Assembly (NCBI GenBank): GCA_963691875.1
Contig: OY829846.1
Span: 640,001 to 704,000 of the forward strand
DNA from: Aureliella sp.
GTDB lineage: Bacteria; Planctomycetota; Planctomycetia; Pirellulales; Pirellulaceae
Direction of reading: 5' to 3'
Length of the DNA: 64,000 nucleotides
The notes beneath the pieces were generated by a model. It was given only the letters and a program-made list of their open reading frames with translations, was not told the DNA's origin and made no database searches. The position numbers and the translations under genes are program-made. This document shows positions 62,678-64,000 of the stretch, in pieces; within the stretch, counting starts at the first letter, position 1, and each line of letters starts with the position of its first letter.

Positions 62678-64000
62678 TTATTTGACTCGGAAAACTTCGC
62701 TTTGAATCAGTGCCATGATGAGATCTTTCAGCGGGTAGTCCGAGCTGGCCTGCTGGTGCAGAATCTCATTGATCTCATGCTTTTCCCGAAACGACAGCTC
62801 GCGGCCGGTTGCGTAGGTCATTAGCTTCGTTGCCAAGCATTCCACAAAAGGTCCGGGGTGCTCGTAAAGATATCTTTTCAATTCACGCACATCCGAGATC
62901 CTTGTGCCACCGGGGAGCTCTCCCGAGGCATCGACTTTGAGCCGGTCTGCCTTCCCCCCTCCGCTGCCCCGACTGGCTCGATAGACCTCGCGCCATCTTC
63001 CGATCGGGTCAAGATTCTCAAGCGAGAACCCAAGTGGATCAATCTCGCGATGGCAAACAGCACAGCTCTGCTCCGAGGTATGAGCCGCCAGCATTTCCTT
63101 GGGCGTTAGACTCGCATTTACGTCTGGCGTCAACGCCGGAACCGCTTGCGGCGGATCCAATGGCGGCCGCCCCAAGATGTTCTCCAACACCCAAACACCT
63201 CGCAATACAGGCTGAGTGTCGACTCCGTTTGCGGTAGCCATCATCGTAGCAGGCATGCCAAGAACGCCTCCTCGCCAATCAAACCGGTCCACTTCCACTC
63301 GAGCACTGCGTTTCGAAAGTTTCAACGTGTTCTTTGGCAGTGCATAGAGCTGGGTTGCAACATCTGAACTGGTAACCAGAAAATCTGGCGCGAGTAGTGA
63401 TCTTGCAGAGGCGTTTTCTTCAAGCAAAGCACGGAATGTTTCAGCCGGTTCACGGGCTACTGTTTCGCGGAGCGGCTCAAACTTGCGGATCAATCTAGGA
63501 TCGGGCATGAGAGAGTCTAGAGCTTCGAGCCGCAACCATGATTGTGTGAAATCCTGAGCAAAACCGGAATTCGCCGGGGCGGCCGCAGCCTTTAATAGTC
63601 TCGCCGCATGGCCACCGAGTATACTCGGGCTTGAAAGCCGCCCGCTGTTCGCAGCTTCGAGCAGTTTACTGTCAGGCGGTGCCGAGGTCAGAAAGAAGCT
63701 GAGGCGACTTGCCAGATCGTGCTCTCCGAGTGGCTCACCAAACTCCTGGTTTCCAATGCAACGGAAAAGAAAAGAAGGGGACATCAGAGTGTGTCGAATA
63801 GCAATGTGATAGGCCTGCGGCAAGCTATAGCCATCGTCTAGGATCAGTTGCATCAGCTCAAGAGCCACCTCCGTTTCTTCAGAACGCGCGGGACGGCGGA
63901 AGGCGCTGGACTGAAACCTGCTTAGAATCTCGCGACGAGCCTTTACGCTATGTGGCTCATGCTGAGTATTGAGGAATTGCTCCGCTCGCTTTTTCGCTAA
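62678..64000 (-). CDS. DUF1595/DUF1592/DUF1588/DUF1585 Planctomycete protein, 5' partial
   Basis: Frame open to the window edge; AFRRP, LMSPSFLFR, LASRLSFFL, PVLRGVWVLENILG, CAVCH, DPIGRWR. Confidence 0.92.
   Translation of the reverse strand, partial: LAKKRAEQFLNTQHEPHSVKARREILSRFQSSAFRRPARSEETEVALELMQLILDDGYSLPQAYHIAIRHTLMSPSFLFRCIGNQEFGEPLGEHDLASRLSFFLTSAPPDSKLLEAANSGRLSSPSILGGHAARLLKAAAAPANSGFAQDFTQSWLRLEALDSLMPDPRLIRKFEPLRETVAREPAETFRALLEENASARSLLAPDFLVTSSDVATQLYALPKNTLKLSKRSARVEVDRFDWRGGVLGMPATMMATANGVDTQPVLRGVWVLENILGRPPLDPPQAVPALTPDVNASLTPKEMLAAHTSEQSCAVCHREIDPLGFSLENLDPIGRWREVYRASRGSGGGKADRLKVDASGELPGGTRISDVRELKRYLYEHPGPFVECLATKLMTYATGRELSFREKHEINEILHQQASSDYPLKDLIMALIQSEVFRVK

Noticed and set aside
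1..64000. CRISPR arrays, tRNA/rRNA/tmRNA/RNase P, transposases, integrases, phage genes
   Set aside because: No regularly spaced repeats or diagnostic motifs found by eye; a covariance-model scan would be needed to exclude small RNAs

Overview
About 64 kb of bacterial chromosome that looks like a Planctomycete, probably Pirellulaceae. The evidence is DUF1501, DUF1549/1553 and DUF1592-type genes, a Planctomycete extracellular motif plus dockerin, a Minf_1886-family gene and Pirellula-type REP palindromes. It holds about 50 mostly housekeeping or accessory CDS (map, hemB, thiD, floA, glcD, HtrA, SulP, DEAD helicase, aquaglyceroporin, large metzincin-cadherin protein). I saw no rRNA, tRNA, CRISPR array, IS element or prophage. 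The main items missing from the ORF track are: (1) a c-di-GMP-I (GEMM) riboswitch-like aptamer with a hairpin platform ahead of an orphan secreted protein/TadG/TadE cassette, in a window that also carries GGDEF/HD-GYP genes; (2) a candidate structured RNA in the leader of the DEAD-box helicase; (3) a candidate secreted leader peptide upstream of SulP; (4) signs of gene decay: a DHFR/RibD-like pseudogene with nonsense codons, a deletion-collapsed membrane protein/DUF3686 ATPase locus and three frameshifts. All family calls come from reading motifs by eye; no database search was run.
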